Shown piece after piece: positions 28,926 to 40,194 of a DNA stretch of 48,217 nt. Under the pieces are notes generated by a model. It had not been told where the DNA came from, ran no database searches, and was given only the letters and a program-made list of their open reading frames with translations. The translations under genes were made by a program, and so were the position numbers. This DNA comes from Minisyncoccota bacterium. Its GTDB lineage: Bacteria > Patescibacteriota > Minisyncoccia > SW-4-49-11. The stretch's first letter is position 1, and each line of letters starts with the position of its first letter. Where the stretch lies: contig JAULZW010000005.1 of the NCBI GenBank assembly GCA_032117235.1, positions 97,264 to 145,480 on the forward strand, in the 5' to 3' direction.

Positions 28926-30122
28926 ATGAAATCTAAATACAAAGGTTTTACGTTGATAGAAATTACTTTGGTCATTGTTTTAATATCTATTCTCCTAGCT
29001 ATTACTACTCCTTTAGTATCTAGTGTAGTTGTTCGCAATGATTTGGGTTCTGCCCATGAAGCATTATACAATGCTTTATTAAGAGCGCAACAATTATCTA
29101 AAAATAATTATAAAAATTTACAATGGAGAGTATGTGTAGAAAATAATTCAAAAACATATATTATAACAGCAGGTACTTGTAATTCTACTCTTTATCCAGA
29201 AACTATCAAAATTAGTTCTAACATTGATATTAGCTCCACTCAAACCCTAGATATTGCTTTTAAACCCATTAGCGGAGAATTAGATTATATAAATGATTTA
29301 ATTCAATTAAATTTAAGCGGAAGAGGAGTTAGTAAATATATTAGAATAAATAAATCAGGAGTAATTGATAAAGAAGCTACTACAGATCCAATATCTAATA
29401 TAACTACTAATTCTATAGTAACTAATGGACTAGTTTTGCATCTTGATGCTAGTAATATAAATAGCTATCCTGGATTTAGTACTGGACAAATTTGGAATGA
29501 TTTAAGCATTAACAATAATAATGGTACACTTATTAACACACCGACATATAATACAAATGGATATTTTGATTTTGATCACACACAATCTGAAAGTGTAACA
29601 TTTTCTAATGCATCATCGTTACAATTTTTAAATAGATCCCCTTATACTTTAGAGTCTTGGGTATATCCAACCAGAAATCCTGGATTAGGTAACTATACAG
29701 GTATTTTGGATAGAGAGGACGCTTCTATGGGATATAGGAACGGATATGAATTACATTTCTCAACTAATACTAGTAATCAACCCTACTTTTCAACAAACAG
29801 ATTTAGTCTAGAAAATGGTATATTCAATCAGTCTGGTACATCTGTATTAATAGATTCTTCATCCATAAATAACACTTGGCATCATATTGTAACAACTTAT
29901 GATGGAACAAATTTATCCTTATATCGTAATGGCTCTTCTATTGGCGCACCAGTGGTTTCTACTGGAAATATTACGAATACATCTAAAGCACTTACTCTTG
30001 GTGTAAGAGGTGGTCAGTATTTTGGTGGAAGAATATCAAATACAAGAATATATAACAGAGCTCTCACAGCAGCAGAAGTTCAACAAAACTTTAATGCCAC
30101 TAAAGGTAGATTTGGATTGTAA
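28926..30122 (+). CDS. FimT/GspH-like minor pilin fused to a LamG/concanavalin-like domain
   Basis: KG|FTLIEI motif; C-terminal GLVLHLDA...WHHIVTTYDG..L.LY.NG...RIYNRALTAAEV. Confidence 0.85.
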   Translation: MKSKYKGFTLIEITLVIVLISILLAITTPLVSSVVVRNDLGSAHEALYNALLRAQQLSKNNYKNLQWRVCVENNSKTYIITAGTCNSTLYPETIKISSNIDISSTQTLDIAFKPISGELDYINDLIQLNLSGRGVSKYIRINKSGVIDKEATTDPISNITTNSIVTNGLVLHLDASNINSYPGFSTGQIWNDLSINNNNGTLINTPTYNTNGYFDFDHTQSESVTFSNASSLQFLNRSPYTLESWVYPTRNPGLGNYTGILDREDASMGYRNGYELHFSTNTSNQPYFSTNRFSLENGIFNQSGTSVLIDSSSINNTWHHIVTTYDGTNLSLYRNGSSIGAPVVSTGNITNTSKALTLGVRGGQYFGGRISNTRIYNRALTAAEVQQNFNATKGRFGL

Positions 30123-30137
30123 AGATTAAATTTTATT

Positions 30138-32039
30138 TTAAGGTGTACCAAAATAATCTCTTATATTATTTTCAACAGCAGTTTTATTACCTAATTTATT
30201 TCCATCATATATAATTAGCTCCGATATATGTCCATTTAAGAAATTCCCATCACTACCAGTTCCGATATTGAGAGGGCTATTGATTAATGAAGTTCTAATA
30301 GCTGTATATAAATTTAGAGAATTTTTATTGTCTGACCCAGTACTAGTGGCTGTATTAGATTTATTTAGATAATAAATATTAAATAGGTCTGAAGATCCAA
30401 TTATAGCATAATTGGTAAGTCTTGACATAAAGGATTGATTACTAGCAGCTCTACTAGCTACAAAAAAGGCTGTAGAATTAGTAACATTATTAAAAGCATT
30501 ACTCACTAATTGATCATTAGTACCATCAAATCTAATTACCGGCTTGTCATTCATAGTTATTATCCCAGTTGCTCCATCTACAATCTTAGGTTGAGCTCCT
30601 GTTGAGGTTTGAATAGCATTATTTCCATTTCCAGATTGGTCATACCAAGTAGATATATATCCATCTCCAGTATTGGCATCGGCAACCGTGGGCTGATAAG
30701 TTTTTGGAGTAGAAGTTAAACTAGAGCTTATATGTCTCTGACCTCCCCACACAAATATGGAATCGTCGGTAGAAGTTAGATTTACTAGCTCTAATCTTGC
30801 AGATGTGGCAGAACTAATTATAGTAAGAGTAATATTTCCTGGTTGAGGAAGAGTGGTAGGTGTAGTAGTAGCTGTAGCAGAGAGAGAAATTCTATACCAT
30901 CCATTTCCCACAGATTCTATGTCTGCCTGACTCGGAGTAACATCTCCTGAGGATGATGCTAAAGTTCCATTACTAAGATTATAGTTCTGATAAGATGTAT
31001 TCGCAGTGAAAGCTGTACCATTAGGAGCTAATTGTACAAAATTATAGCCATTATTTGCCTTTACATAATAGGAATCAGTATAAATTGTGCCATTTGTTAA
31101 AGTAGTATCTTTATTGATAGTTCTCGCAACATTTCCAACATTTAGATTTACTTTTTCAGCCGTATTAGTTCCATCAGGAGCTATAGTATTATCTGAGATA
31201 GATGTTATATTATTAAGATTCCAGCTACCAGTGGTAGTTATATCTTGGGAGTAATTAAGAAAATTCTGATAACCTACAAAATTTTGTAAAGCGACTTTAT
31301 CTAATTCTCCTTTAGAATTAAAGCTTATATCCATTTCACTTTGGTCTAAACCTCTATCTCGTCTAACTCGAATGGATGGACCATTATAGGTAGATGAGAA
31401 AGCGCTATTGTTTGTATTAAATCCAGCTAATTTCCTAAGTCCATAAGCTACTCCATTAACTCCAGTAGGATATGTATTTAGAATAGGTTCAAATGAACTA
31501 ACTTTTTTAGATGATTGTATTGTGGCTTCAAATGATTTTTCAGCTTCATATTCGAAACCACTAAATGCAGGTTTATTATATCTAAGTGTAAACTTTAATT
31601 TTACAGATTGAGATATATTATTAGTATTTTCATTATTTTGGGTATTAATTTGTTCTAATAATAGGGTCGGGGAAGGTGTGTTGACAACTAATATTCCATT
31701 CGGATTTATGTTGAAAGAAGTAGCATTATTACTATAAGACACAATAATATTATTATTAGATTGGGTTATAGTAGTATCTACGTTATCTTTTCTTAGTACT
31801 AAAGTATTATTAGGAACGGCATTTAGTTTGGGGCTAACAATAATATCAGCTTCGCTCACTAAATTTTGAATCTTGTCAATGATTGAGTTTCCAGTTTGAT
31901 TTAATTCATTATTAACTCTAAAGGAGGTAGATAATCTAGTTAATTGTGCAAAGGAGAATACAGCTATAGCTAAAGTAACTCCTCCTATAACTACATATAA
32001 TAATATTTCTAATAAGGTGAATCCCGAGTATCTTTTCAT
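30138..32039 (-). CDS. PilW/GspJ-like minor pilin fused to a concanavalin-like domain with an inserted carbohydrate-binding-like module
   Basis: SG|FTLLEILLY motif; AYGLRKL...IRVRR, WYDQSGNGN, FDGTND, GHISELIIY; insert with APDGTNTA...GNGWYRIS...VWGGQ. Confidence 0.8.
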   Translation of the reverse strand: MKRYSGFTLLEILLYVVIGGVTLAIAVFSFAQLTRLSTSFRVNNELNQTGNSIIDKIQNLVSEADIIVSPKLNAVPNNTLVLRKDNVDTTITQSNNNIIVSYSNNATSFNINPNGILVVNTPSPTLLLEQINTQNNENTNNISQSVKLKFTLRYNKPAFSGFEYEAEKSFEATIQSSKKVSSFEPILNTYPTGVNGVAYGLRKLAGFNTNNSAFSSTYNGPSIRVRRDRGLDQSEMDISFNSKGELDKVALQNFVGYQNFLNYSQDITTTGSWNLNNITSISDNTIAPDGTNTAEKVNLNVGNVARTINKDTTLTNGTIYTDSYYVKANNGYNFVQLAPNGTAFTANTSYQNYNLSNGTLASSSGDVTPSQADIESVGNGWYRISLSATATTTPTTLPQPGNITLTIISSATSARLELVNLTSTDDSIFVWGGQRHISSSLTSTPKTYQPTVADANTGDGYISTWYDQSGNGNNAIQTSTGAQPKIVDGATGIITMNDKPVIRFDGTNDQLVSNAFNNVTNSTAFFVASRAASNQSFMSRLTNYAIIGSSDLFNIYYLNKSNTATSTGSDNKNSLNLYTAIRTSLINSPLNIGTGSDGNFLNGHISELIIYDGNKLGNKTAVENNIRDYFGTP

Positions 32040-32042
32040 ATA

Positions 32043-33113
32043 TTATAGATATATATTATATTTAGAATTAAGATATGCTCTAAGTTGATTTAATTCATCT
32101 GTACTTAATTTTTTGTTATAAACTAAAATTTCAGCTATATCTCCATTTAAGAATCCAGCGCTTCCTTGGGAATTAGCGCCTACTGTAATAGGTCTAGTCG
32201 TATTGCTTATACTAATTGCTCCGGTAGCAGTGGAAGCTGTAGTATTATTAATAGCTAAACTCAATTGGGGACTACTTGGAGACCATAAGGCACTTAATAT
32301 ATTGAAATCTATAGTATTATTAGTAAATGTCAATGTATTGGTTATAATATTAAATTCATTATTTTGTAATCTCCATTCTCTTTCGTTATTGGTTGTGTCA
32401 AATTTTGCTATATATGTTTGGTTATTAGTAGTGGTAGCTGTTTTTCCTACAACAATTACACTTAGACCATTATTAGTATGAATAGAAGTAGTGGTGCTAC
32501 TAAGAAAATCATCTATTCCATCGAATCTTAATACAGGACGATTATTTATCCCATTAGTAATTAATTTTGGAGCTAGGCTTGGAATATTAGTAACTTGGGC
32601 AAAATCAATTAAATCATCAGTAGCATTTTTGACACTAAATACAAGATTGTTATTATTAACTTCAGCTCTATCTGCTTTTAGCCATAATCTGAGAGCTAAG
32701 GGATCAATTAAATAAGGGTTATTTATTTGTTGTTGTATTAAATCATCATTTGTGATTTGTTTTTGATAATCAATGATTATATTAGGGCTAATTTGTTTAA
32801 TTTTAGTTTCTAATATAGAAGATGCCACTTTAACATGAATAATTCTTTCACTATTTCCAACACCAGATATTGTGTAGACTCTACACCCATTTTCAAATGT
32901 CTCATCACCGCCATAAAACTTATAAGATCTTAATTTCGTAAAGACTTTTTCTACACAGCTAGCAGCTTTAGATTTACTAAGAACAGCATCAGCAATGTTG
33001 ATATTAGTTCTAGCAATCTGAGTACTATTACTGAGAGCGCTTACAGCTAAAGATACTCCTATAGTTGATATAATGATTGTTAATAACAGTACACTATAAC
33101 CAGACCTATACAT
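32043..33113 (-). CDS. PilX/GspK-like minor pilin fused to a LamG-like domain
   Basis: SG|YSVLL prepilin motif lacking Glu5; LRLWLKAD, P.LRFDGIDD, LNGDIAEILVYNKKLS..E. Confidence 0.8.
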   Translation of the reverse strand: MYRSGYSVLLLTIIISTIGVSLAVSALSNSTQIARTNINIADAVLSKSKAASCVEKVFTKLRSYKFYGGDETFENGCRVYTISGVGNSERIIHVKVASSILETKIKQISPNIIIDYQKQITNDDLIQQQINNPYLIDPLALRLWLKADRAEVNNNNLVFSVKNATDDLIDFAQVTNIPSLAPKLITNGINNRPVLRFDGIDDFLSSTTTSIHTNNGLSVIVVGKTATTTNNQTYIAKFDTTNNEREWRLQNNEFNIITNTLTFTNNTIDFNILSALWSPSSPQLSLAINNTTASTATGAISISNTTRPITVGANSQGSAGFLNGDIAEILVYNKKLSTDELNQLRAYLNSKYNIYL

Positions 33114-33146
33114 ATATTATTTTAGTATTTATTAAACATATAATAT

Positions 33147-33179
33147 ATTATATCATAAAGACAAAATTTTTGATATACT
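33147..33179. promoter_or_regulatory. Back-to-back divergent extended -10 promoters
   Basis: Minus TGATATAAT and plus TGATATACT separated by 15 nt. Confidence 0.6.
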
Positions 33180-33210
33180 TAATATTAGAATATATGTTAT
33201 TATATTTAAT

Positions 33211-33975
33211 ATGACATCATCCCAAAGAAGAGTAAAACAGATTACTATTTTATCAATATATTTGGTAGCTATATCAAGTATTATGCTTTTAATTGTCATA
33301 AATTTATTTCCACCTAAACCTGTAGTTATTGAAGATAAAGTTTTAGTTCAGTCATTGCAAGTTGTGAATTCTGGTAAAATTGATTTAGGTAATGGTAAAG
33401 CCGATTTTTGGGCTGAAATAAAGAATCCTAATGATGATTATGGAGTGTCTAGTTTTGAATATAGTTTCATTTTAAAAAATTTTAATGGAGATGAGGTTAA
33501 AAAAAATAGAGAGACTTTTATATTGCCAGGAGATAAAAAAAGGTATGTACTTTTACTAGATGTATCGTCTGAATATGAATTGCAAGGTTTTGAGATAGCT
33601 CAAGAATTAAAATGGACTCAACTATCAAGATTTAATTTGCCAGAGCTAGTTATTAGGAATATTAGTGTAGGTGATTCAAATAAGGCAGGGAATGCTTTTA
33701 CAGTTTTTGGAATATTAACTAATGCCAGTCCAGTGAATTTAAAAAATATACAAGTAATCACTGTAATAACTAATGATGAGGGGAATATTATAGGTGTAAA
33801 TCAAACTTTAATTAGAGATGTATTGACTTCTGGATCGAGAGACTTTGAAATGATTTGGAACAACAAGTTAGATGGAGTATCAATATCTGATATAAAAATA
33901 TATGCTCAGAGTAATGTTTTGAGTGATAGAGAGTTATTAATTGACTTACAACAGAGCCCAATTTTTGATAGATAA
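33211..33975 (+). CDS. Membrane-anchored protein with tandem FxLYD-like Ig-fold domains
   Basis: N-terminal TM; AEIKNPN..YG and VFGILTN...V.TVITNDEGNIIG repeats. Confidence 0.6.
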   Translation: MTSSQRRVKQITILSIYLVAISSIMLLIVINLFPPKPVVIEDKVLVQSLQVVNSGKIDLGNGKADFWAEIKNPNDDYGVSSFEYSFILKNFNGDEVKKNRETFILPGDKKRYVLLLDVSSEYELQGFEIAQELKWTQLSRFNLPELVIRNISVGDSNKAGNAFTVFGILTNASPVNLKNIQVITVITNDEGNIIGVNQTLIRDVLTSGSRDFEMIWNNKLDGVSISDIKIYAQSNVLSDRELLIDLQQSPIFDR

Positions 33976-33980
33976 GATAT

Positions 33981-35096
33981 ATGCGAAAAATATTTCTTAC
34001 AATAGATTGGCTAACAGTTTTACCTGTATTAGCAGTTACTATTATGGGGTTAATTGTCTTGATAAGTTTTAATATTAATGAAATCCCTTCTGTTAATCAA
34101 AGTCTTATTATAAAGCATGCTATATCTATTGTACTTGGATTAATTATAGTAATTATTATTTCACAAATTGATTATAGAGCTTTTAGTACTTTGATTCAGC
34201 CATTGTTTTTTGGGATTATTACTTTGCTAATATTAGTTTTAATATTTGGGGATAGGATTAATGGAGCAAAAAGTTGGTTTTCTGTAGGTGTATTTAATTT
34301 GCAACCAGGGGAGTTTGCTAAAATAGTAGTAGTATTGATTGTTGCACATTATTTTTCTAGATATCATCATAAGATTAATAGTTTTATATCAATTATTTTA
34401 TCATTGCTACCAGTCCTTGTAATCGTATTTTTAATCTTATTGCAGCCAGATTTTGGAACAGCTATCATATTGCTTTTGCTTTGGCTTGGAATGCTGGTAT
34501 TTGGAGGTGTTAAGTTACGGCATATTATAGTTTTGATTCTTACGGGGGTTCTTAGTATTACTAGTCTTTGGCTTTGGGTGTTTAAAGAATATCAAAAACA
34601 AAGAATTTTAACATTTCTTAATCCAACTTCAGATCCACTTGGTAGTGGATATAATATTTTGCAATCTATGCGTTCCGTTAGTTCTGGAGGATTAATGGGA
34701 GTAAATGAGTTAAGTATACCTGTTCCTGAAATTCATACAGATTTTATATTTTCAGGATTTGCTCAGCAATGGGGCTTTATAGGAGTATCAATTTATTTTA
34801 GCCTAATATTATTAATTATAGGTAGAATTATGTATATAGGATTGAAATCACAAGATACATTTCCTAAGATGATAATATTAGGAGTAGTACTATCAATCTT
34901 AATTCAATTGATTATTAATATAGGGATGAATATAGGAGTTCTCCCAATTACAGGAGTTCCTTTACCTTTTATGAGTTATGGAGGTAGCTCAATGTTGGTA
35001 TATTGGATTTTAATAGGACTAGTTCTATCTATACAAAAGCATAAATTATCAAAAGGTACAATATTTATGAAAGACTTTCAAGATATATTCGGATAA
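33981..35096 (+). CDS. rodA: SEDS peptidoglycan glycosyltransferase RodA
   Basis: GAKSW, QPGEFAK, LQPDFGT, DPLGSGYN, PEIHTDFIF, TGVPLPFMSYGGSS. Confidence 0.92.
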   Translation: MRKIFLTIDWLTVLPVLAVTIMGLIVLISFNINEIPSVNQSLIIKHAISIVLGLIIVIIISQIDYRAFSTLIQPLFFGIITLLILVLIFGDRINGAKSWFSVGVFNLQPGEFAKIVVVLIVAHYFSRYHHKINSFISIILSLLPVLVIVFLILLQPDFGTAIILLLLWLGMLVFGGVKLRHIIVLILTGVLSITSLWLWVFKEYQKQRILTFLNPTSDPLGSGYNILQSMRSVSSGGLMGVNELSIPVPEIHTDFIFSGFAQQWGFIGVSIYFSLILLIIGRIMYIGLKSQDTFPKMIILGVVLSILIQLIINIGMNIGVLPITGVPLPFMSYGGSSMLVYWILIGLVLSIQKHKLSKGTIFMKDFQDIFG

Positions 35097-35161
35097 TTTT
35101 AAAATATATAAAATTATGATATAATACAAGAATAAAGTTAATAGATAATATATTTATTCAT

Positions 35162-36343
35162 ATGTCTACAGAATTAAATCAACAGAAAATAGCCAATATA
35201 GTTTTAGTCAGTATATTAGCTTCATCTTTAACAGGATTTTTGGGTGGGGGTATAGCATTTTCCTATATAAATAGAGCTCAAAACACTACTATTAAAACCA
35301 GTAGCCTGACTGTTTCAGAAGAACAATCATCCATTATTGATTTAGTTGAAAAATCAAATCAATCAGTAGTAAGTATTTCTATTTCCAAACAAATCCCAGT
35401 TACTCGACAATCTTCACCCTTTGATTATTTTTTTGGCATATTACCTCAAAATAACAATACTAATAATGATGTAGGAAAAGAGCAAACAATTGGAGGAGGG
35501 ACAGGTTTCATCGTATCATCTGATGGATTAATTGTAACCAATAAACATGTAGTATCTGATCCAAGCGCTACATATACTGTTCTATTTAATGATGGTTCTG
35601 AAGCTAGGGCTGAGATAAAAACATTACATCCTACCCAGGATTTAGCTATTATTAAAGTAGATAAAAATAATTTACAGTCAGTTGAGTTTGCTGATTCAGA
35701 CAAGCTTAAAGTCGGTCAAACGGCGGTAGCCATAGGAAATGCTTTAAATGAATTTGATAATACAGTCAGTAGAGGAGTAATATCTGGATTGAGGCGATCT
35801 ATAACTGCTTCAGATGGGCAAGGTAACTCAGAGCAATTATCTCAAGTTATTCAAACTGATGCAGCTATTAATCAGGGTAATTCGGGAGGTCCATTGTTAG
35901 ATATTAATGCCAAAGTTATTGGGGTTAATGTTGCAACGGCAGAGGGGGCTCAAAGTATAGGTTTTGCTATACCATCAAATGTAGTAGTTAAAATGATTGA
36001 TGATTATAAAAAATATGGTAAAGTAAAAGTTCCTTTTATTGGAGTTAGATACACTGTAATTGTTCCTGGATCAGAGCAATCTAAACAATATGGGGTAGAT
36101 AATGGAGCTTTAATTATTGGGGATGCACAATCTCCCGCTATAATTCCCAATTCACCTGCTGCAAAATCTGGCATTAAAACTGGAGATATTATAACTAAGA
36201 TTAATGATAAAAAGCTATCATTAAAGCAACAATTAGCAGATGTAGTGGCTCAATATAAAATAGGTGATAAAATTGAACTTTCAGTGATTAGAGATGGTAA
36301 AGAAGAAAAATTATCCCTAACTCTAGAGGAGAGACCAGAATAA
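35162..36343 (+). CDS. htrA: HtrA/DegP-family serine protease with PDZ domain
   Basis: TNKHVV, DLA, QTDAAINQGNSGGPL; one C-terminal PDZ; N-terminal TM. Confidence 0.93.
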   Translation: MSTELNQQKIANIVLVSILASSLTGFLGGGIAFSYINRAQNTTIKTSSLTVSEEQSSIIDLVEKSNQSVVSISISKQIPVTRQSSPFDYFFGILPQNNNTNNDVGKEQTIGGGTGFIVSSDGLIVTNKHVVSDPSATYTVLFNDGSEARAEIKTLHPTQDLAIIKVDKNNLQSVEFADSDKLKVGQTAVAIGNALNEFDNTVSRGVISGLRRSITASDGQGNSEQLSQVIQTDAAINQGNSGGPLLDINAKVIGVNVATAEGAQSIGFAIPSNVVVKMIDDYKKYGKVKVPFIGVRYTVIVPGSEQSKQYGVDNGALIIGDAQSPAIIPNSPAAKSGIKTGDIITKINDKKLSLKQQLADVVAQYKIGDKIELSVIRDGKEEKLSLTLEERPE

Positions 36344-36346
36344 AAT

Positions 36347-37360
36347 ATGCAGGAAAAATACAATACAAATACACTATCTATATCTAGAAAATCATTATTA
36401 ATAATAACTTTGTTTATAATATCCTTTTTGTTTTTGATATATATTAGATATATTATATTAACTCTTATAGTATCGTTTATATTGGCTTCTTTTACTAAAT
36501 ATTTTGCTAAATTATTACAAGACAAATATAAAATATCTTATAGATATGGATTGATATTTATCTTTGTACTCTTGATGATTGTTGTGATCTCTGGTATTGG
36601 GCTATTATTGCCAATGTTAATTAAAGAGAGTTATGGATTAATTGAATTTATTAATATTTTATTAAATAAAATTGAATCTTGGTTGGTAATGACAGGGTTT
36701 CCTATAGATAGTTTTAGATTAAGTCAGTTTACAAATTTTATACCTAATTTAGGGCAGTTAACATTGAATATATTGTCTGGATTAGGAGGAATTATAACCT
36801 ATACTCTTTTGATTTTTGTATTGTCATTTTATATCTCTATCAACGATAATGGATTAAATGCTTTTATCAAATTATTTTTTCCAATTGAGGCTAAAAATAA
36901 CATTCCTAATATAATTAAGAGATTAGAATACCATATAGGAAAGTGGGCATTTGTAGAAGCTGGGATTTCTCTTACTATGGGAATATTTATATATACAGTA
37001 CTTTCAATCTTAGGTTTTCAATATGCTGCAATATTAGGTATTGTAGCTGGTATATTACAGTTAATACCTATTCTTGGACCAGTGTTAATATACTTTATAA
37101 TCATATTTATTGCACTTGTACAGTCCCCAATATTAGGGCTAATTACTTTATCAATAATTGTATCTATCCAACTCATTAAACAATTTTTACTTTTACCTAT
37201 TATATTCAAATCATTAAATCATACCAATGCTCTCTTGGTCGTATTTGCTTTGATGATAGGTGGAGTATTATCTGGTCCTCTGGGGGTTATAATTGCTATG
37301 CCAGCTGTTTCGCTTTTCCGTATAATATATAGAGATATTATGGCTTATGATAAGCAGTAA
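36347..37360 (+). CDS. AI-2E family transporter
   Basis: Multi-TM; GILQLIPILGP, GGVLSGPLGVIIAMP. Confidence 0.85.
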   Translation: MQEKYNTNTLSISRKSLLIITLFIISFLFLIYIRYIILTLIVSFILASFTKYFAKLLQDKYKISYRYGLIFIFVLLMIVVISGIGLLLPMLIKESYGLIEFINILLNKIESWLVMTGFPIDSFRLSQFTNFIPNLGQLTLNILSGLGGIITYTLLIFVLSFYISINDNGLNAFIKLFFPIEAKNNIPNIIKRLEYHIGKWAFVEAGISLTMGIFIYTVLSILGFQYAAILGIVAGILQLIPILGPVLIYFIIIFIALVQSPILGLITLSIIVSIQLIKQFLLLPIIFKSLNHTNALLVVFALMIGGVLSGPLGVIIAMPAVSLFRIIYRDIMAYDKQ

Positions 37361-37943
37361 ATTTCCTAATATATTAGTATTTGATATTGAAACTATTGGC
37401 AATATTTCCTCCCCCAATTTTGTAGAAGAGATGCAAATAACTGTAGTTGGAGTTTATAATTACTCAACGAATGAATATAAGACTTACTTTCCTGAAGAGT
37501 TGTCAGATTTAGAGCCAGATTTAAAACAAGCTAATCTATTAGTAGGATTTAATAATGATCATTTTGACACTCCAATACTTAATAAATACTATTCATTTGA
37601 TCTTTTTAGTATAGCCTCTTTCGATATTTTAAGAGAATTTAGAGAAAACACAGGAAAAAGGTTGGGATTAGATGCCATTGCTAGAACTACATTAGGATCA
37701 AATAAATCTGGAACAGGTGCAAATGCAATGACACTATATACGGAAGGTAAACTTGAGGAGTTGGCAAAATATTGTATAAATGATGTTAAAATAACTAAAG
37801 ATATCTTTGAATATTGTATAACAAAAAAACATTTAATTTATACATCCAAAGATGGGTGGCTTAGGTTGAAAGCTAATATGAATTATGATATAGATGATTT
37901 TATAATTAAAAACACTCAAAAATCACAATATAGTTTGTTATAA
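37347..37943 (+). CDS. RNase H-like DEDD 3'-5' exonuclease domain protein
   Basis: VFDIET, VGFN..HFD.P, YCINDV. Confidence 0.82.
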   Translation: MISSKFPNILVFDIETIGNISSPNFVEEMQITVVGVYNYSTNEYKTYFPEELSDLEPDLKQANLLVGFNNDHFDTPILNKYYSFDLFSIASFDILREFRENTGKRLGLDAIARTTLGSNKSGTGANAMTLYTEGKLEELAKYCINDVKITKDIFEYCITKKHLIYTSKDGWLRLKANMNYDIDDFIIKNTQKSQYSLL

Positions 37944-38047
37944 AGTTAGTTTATATAAAATCCTCACTTTATTATTAGATATACAAATATAAGCAAATTA
38001 ATAGTTATGTAAAAATAGATTTAAGATTGCTATAGCCTTTATATTTG

Positions 38048-38076
38048 TTGACAAAACATTATATTTACATTATAAT
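38048..38076 (+). promoter_or_regulatory. groESL sigma70 promoter
   Basis: TTGACA-17-TATAAT perfect consensus. Confidence 0.85.
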
Positions 38077-38083
38077 AAATTTA

Positions 38084-38110
38084 TTAGCAGTCAAAGACTG
38101 TAACTGCTAA
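38084..38110 (+). promoter_or_regulatory. CIRCE element (variant HrcA operator)
   Basis: TTAGCAGTC-N9-AACTGCTAA versus consensus TTAGCACTC-N9-GAGTGCTAA; upstream of groES; hrcA is in the window. Confidence 0.88.
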
Positions 38111-38148
38111 ATCAATCCAATATTAGAACAATTTAATAGATAAAATAT

Positions 38149-38409
38149 ATGAATATACAACCATTATTTGATAAGGTTTTAGTAAAGCCTAAAAAAGCTG
38201 AAGAAAAAACAGCTAGTGGCATTTATATACCTGACACCGCTAAACAAGACCAACCTCAAATTGGAGAGGTTATTGCCATTGGAAAAGATGTGAAAATTGT
38301 GGCGGTTGGGCAAAGTGTATTTTTTGCAAAATATGGACCAGTAGAAATAAATTTAGAGTCAGAAGATTATCTAATTGTAAAAGAAGAGGATATTCTTGCG
38401 ACTTTATAA
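38149..38409 (+). CDS. groES: Co-chaperonin GroES
   Basis: IQPLFDKVLV, EKTASGIYIPDTAK, EEDILA. Confidence 0.96.
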   Translation: MNIQPLFDKVLVKPKKAEEKTASGIYIPDTAKQDQPQIGEVIAIGKDVKIVAVGQSVFFAKYGPVEINLESEDYLIVKEEDILATL

Positions 38410-38426
38410 TATCTACATAATAATAA

Positions 38427-40088
<1,662 letters not shown>

Positions 40089-40096
40089 TAGTCTTT

Positions 40097-40136
40097 ATAA
40101 AAATTAGGAGGTAATTTTGAACCTCCTAATTTTTAT
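40097..40136 (+). terminator. groEL terminator
   Basis: ataaaaattaggaggt-aattttga-acctcctaatttttat. Confidence 0.85.
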
Positions 40137-40194
40137 ATTGTAAAAAAGTTAAATTCAATATATAATAATACTATATAAATAATAAGTTATATTT

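Noticed and set aside
30123-33210. Inverted orientation of two minor pilin genes as an invertible, phase-variable segment
   Set aside because: No flanking inverted repeats or recombinase seen, and the pair has its own promoter candidate.
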